NCBI GenBank assembly: GCA_024626585.2
Contig: JANKJI020000002.1
Span: 52,841,220-52,867,324 of the forward strand
Origin: Ginkgo biloba
Lineage: Eukaryota; Plantae; Ginkgophyta
Reading direction: 5' to 3'
DNA: 26,105 nt
The notes under the pieces: generated by a model
What the model saw: the letters and a program-made list of their open reading frames with translations, nothing else
The model's database searches: none
What the model was told of the DNA's origin: nothing
Shown: positions 22,600 through 26,105 of the stretch, piece after piece
Layout of the letters: each line of letters begins with the position of its first letter
Position numbering within the stretch: position 1 is the stretch's first letter
Made by a program: the position numbers and the translations under genes

Positions 22600-25500
22600 C
22601 CTCCAAAGGAACGATGGCACATTATCTTTATAGTTAAAATTTGGATAAAAAAGGTTACGATGATGCTATTTTTAACTTAATTATCCATAGAAATCTCAAT
22701 TCATGAGCTATAGTGAAGTAGTTTAATTTTCTAATTACTGAACATCCATCACCATACACCTTAGTATGGTTAAATGTATAAATTGAACACACCATAAATA
22801 ATTAGTGCAAGTCCGAGTTTTCTATTTCCAAGGATTTTATAGATGAGACAAAGTGTGATGTGGTGCCATTGGATATGTGCACATTCATCTTCAAAATCCC
22901 ATACCTATGAGATAGAGCTACTAAATTTTAGAGAATGAAAAAAATTACTAATTAGTGAAATAATGACATGCTTACTTGGTAAAGGCCAAGCTCAACTTAG
23001 AGATAGTTTCTCTTATCATTATAGCATATTTCAAATAATTACTAAATGCCTCCTGTATGTTTTCTTTATTAACATTACACCCAACTTAGGTCCCACTAGT
23101 AAATGAAAATGGTACAAATTTAATTATCCAAAGTGCAAGGTAGCAAAGAAAACTTGACAACATCTTATAATGATATGCTACTATCTTCAAAGAACTAAAG
23201 GGAATGCCTCCTAAGAGAGTCATTGATCATAACTTTAAGTTATAATAAGGTGTTTCCATTCTAAATTTCTCTCTCTATAAAAGTTTATCCNNNNNNNNNN
23301 NNNNNNNNNNNNNNNNNNNNNNNNNNATATTAGACCCACTATCTCACCATATGGGTCTTTGGTAGTTTTGGTTTCTAAGAAAGATGGACCTTAGAGAATG
23401 TGTATTAACTGTTGAGTATTGAACTAGATCATGATGACGAATAAGTATCCTTTACCAAGGATTAGGGACTTGTTGGATCAAAATTAAGGGAAAAAGTATT
23501 TTAGTAAGATTAACTTTAAATATAGATACTATTAGGTTTGTATCAAGAAAGAAGGCACTTGGAATAATTCCTTCAATACAAGGTAGGAAATATTTGAATT
23601 TATGGTCATACCATTTGGACTAACCAACACACCAACAACATTTATGTGGTTGATGAATGAGGTTCAAAGATCTTATTTGGACACTTTTTGTCATCATTCA
23701 TTTAGATGAATTTTTTATTTATAATAAATAATGGGAGGAGTATCTATAACATGCGAAAATAATACTTAAGCATTGAAGAATTAGAAACTTTAGGCTAACC
23801 TCAAGAAGTGCACCTTTACTATGATAAGGTGATCTACCTAAGATTAAATATAGATGCAAATGAGGTTCAAGATTGATACTACTTAGATCAAATTCATCTA
23901 AAAATGATCTATATCTAAGAAATTATAAGAGCTCAAAACCTTTATGGGGTTGGTTAACTATTTATGATAGTTTATAAGCTACTATAAGATAGTCTTACCC
24001 CTAAATTATTTGACAAATAGGATTGAATGATTTCATTAAACAGAAAGACATAATTACTATTTTAAATNNNNNNNNNNNNNNNNNNNNNNNNNNNNNNNNN
24101 NNNNNNNNNNNNNNNNNNNNNNNNNNNNNNNNNNNNNNNNTATTGGGAGCAATCTTGATTTAGTAAGGTAAGGTAATTGCCTACTATTTAAAGACCTTTT
24201 TAAAGGTACTATAGAAGTACTCTATATACAATAAGGAGATGTATGAATTAGATCATGAACTAAAGTATTAAATGAATTATCTTCTAGGAAAGGAGACTAT
24301 TATTCACTTAGACTGTAAGATTTTACAATATTTGCAAATTTAGTCCAAATTATAGAATTCAAGGCATATCTAATGGGTCACTTATTTACAATAATTCAAT
24401 ATTTTAACCATATGCANNNNNNNNNNNNNNNNNNNNNNNNNNNNNNNNNNNNNNNNNNNNNNNNNNNNNNNNNNNNNNNNNNNNNNNNNNNNNNNNNNNN
24501 NNNNNNNNNNNNNNNNNNNNNNNNNNNNNNNNNNNNNNNNNNNNNNNNNNNNNNNNNNNNNNNNNNNNNNNNNNNATATTGCAAGAGGAGAAACTAAGAG
24601 ATTATCATCTCAACGATGGAATTTTCTATTGATTTAATATTATTTGTGTGCCTTATGGTAGACATTATGTCTAGTTGATTCAAGGAGAACACCATTCTAA
24701 GGTGACGTGTACTTTGGAATGAAAAAGAATCTATAAAACTTATAAAGGTATTTATTTTAGCCCAAGATAGCCCAAGATATATAAATATATATGTATCATG
24801 TTGTATTTCTAAGCCAATAAATTGGAAGTTAGGGGAAATACATGCCTTTGTCAATTCTCGGTAAATCATGGGAGTCTATCTCTATCAATTTTCTCAATGG
24901 ATTTCCAACCACTCAAAGAGGTAATGATTACTTACTCATAATGGTGGATGGATTTAGCAATATGGCCATACTAATTCCTATAAAAATACCATAATAGGTT
25001 AGAAAGCAACTAGATTATTCTTTGATCATATGTGGGTGCATCTTTTACTACCCACATCCATTATATTTAACAAAGATAACTAATTTTTAAGTGTCTTTTA
25101 GTAAATATTGTGGACAATAATGGACACTCATTTAAAGAGAAGCACAACTTTTCACCCTTAGATTAATGGATAGTCTGGAGTTGTCAATAGAATGGTAGCA
25201 TAACTTTAAGTATGTATAATCACATGTATCCTAAGACTTAGGATGATTGTATCCTACATATTCAACATAGATATAATATGTCTACTTATAGCTCAACTCT
25301 AGTTTCTTTATTTGAATCTTTTTTTGCATTCTTGCTTAAGGATGCATGGCCATCAACAATGCATTACTAAAAGTAAGTTCAACTAAAGAGAGGTTTATCC
25401 ATCATAGGTATTAATATTTATTAAATATATCAAGTAGGAAAAATAATAGGTATATGAGGCCTAGTTGAAGAGTTAGTAGAGATACAGGGCCATGCATGAC

Positions 25501-25790
25501 AATAATATAGCTAATAAATAATTTTAGGTTTTTAATGTTGACAACTTAAATATTTACAAACCTTCCATGGTGGATGGAGAGTAGGGGGAATATGAGGTGT
25601 TATCATATCCACTTAAAGAGTTTATTATACACAGGTGGAAACTATTAAAAGTGGATGTTATACTATAAAGGAAGATAAGAGCATCACAAGAAGGAGTGAC
25701 CAACTTGTATAAAGTTCGCAAAAAAGTATAGATACCTTAATCTAGAAAGAAACATAGCGAGGAGAAAATTTGTGAGACATTTTTTAATAT
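22600..25790 (+). mobile_element. Ty3/gypsy pol pseudogene (protease-RT-RNase H-integrase)
   Basis: HPSPYTLVW and CDVVPLDMC (protease); KGMPPKRVIDH; IRPTISPYGSLVVLVSKKDGP*RMCIN..NKYPLPRIRDLLDQ and [18 protein letters not shown] (RT, ~23329-23650); YSIYNKEMY (RNase H); MVDGFSNMA and STTFHP*ING*SGVVNR (integrase, ~24940-25190). Many stops and frameshifts. Confidence 0.93.
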
Positions 25791-25839
25791 TTCTTAAAAT
25801 ATGATGGAGACCATCATCCTTAAGAAATGGTAGGCCAGA

Positions 25840-26105
25840 TGTATGGTCGAAAATGACCCAAATGATTATTAAAAAAAGATCAAAATAATAAAAATAAAAT
25901 TTTAAATTTATAAATAGGGTAATCATCTTATAGCTAAAATCTATACAATTTATTTTAGAATTAGAGCATAAAGTATCTATATATTAAGAAAGTAGATAAT
26001 GAGATCTTCGCAGTGGTATCTCAATTAAAAAAAAAAATAGAGTTTGAGTGTAAAAGTTATGTCCTCTAAAAGTTGGCCTATGAAAATTCTAAAAAGTCTA
26101 TTAAG
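25840..26105 (+). mobile_element. Probable start of the gypsy 3' LTR
   Basis: A degenerate purine tract at 25822-25834 follows the integrase end, then TG at 25840 and TATAAATAGG at 25909. No matching 5' LTR was identified. Confidence 0.4.

Noticed and set aside
5859-24597. Long ORF-track entries composed mostly of X (e.g. 5898-6806, 13378-14160, 18623-19561)
   Set aside because: Artefacts of reading through N runs.

Overview
Eukaryotic, AT-rich plant genomic DNA from a gapped draft scaffold, with six gaps of exactly 100 N plus other N runs. The transposon types and their decay pattern suggest a large-genome seed plant such as a gymnosperm, but that is inference. The only host gene I can support is a minus-strand, two-domain (Ni2+-type, plant GLXI;1-like) lactoylglutathione lyase / glyoxalase I. 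Four consecutive phase-0 exons are readable at 2337-~2125, 1522-1475, 1259-1152 and 909-769. The last exon probably lies left of the window, and the three upstream conserved exons are not in readable sequence. Almost everything from ~3.7 kb to the end is a nest of old, heavily C>T/G>A-mutated retroelements. These are an ancient minus-strand Ty1/copia (gag-PR-IN-RT order) between diverged and apparently composite LTRs, LTR fragments, a non-LTR insertion with a 20-bp target-site duplication, an L1 fragment, a split Ty3/gypsy (PBS, gag, then pol), and a CpG-rich copia gag remnant. I see no convincing new protein-coding system. The most unusual items are the LTR-PBS-mini-PPT-LTR architecture at both ends of the copia, the all-context deamination, the CpG-retaining gag island and the possibly giant intron. 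All protein motifs were recognised by eye without database searches.
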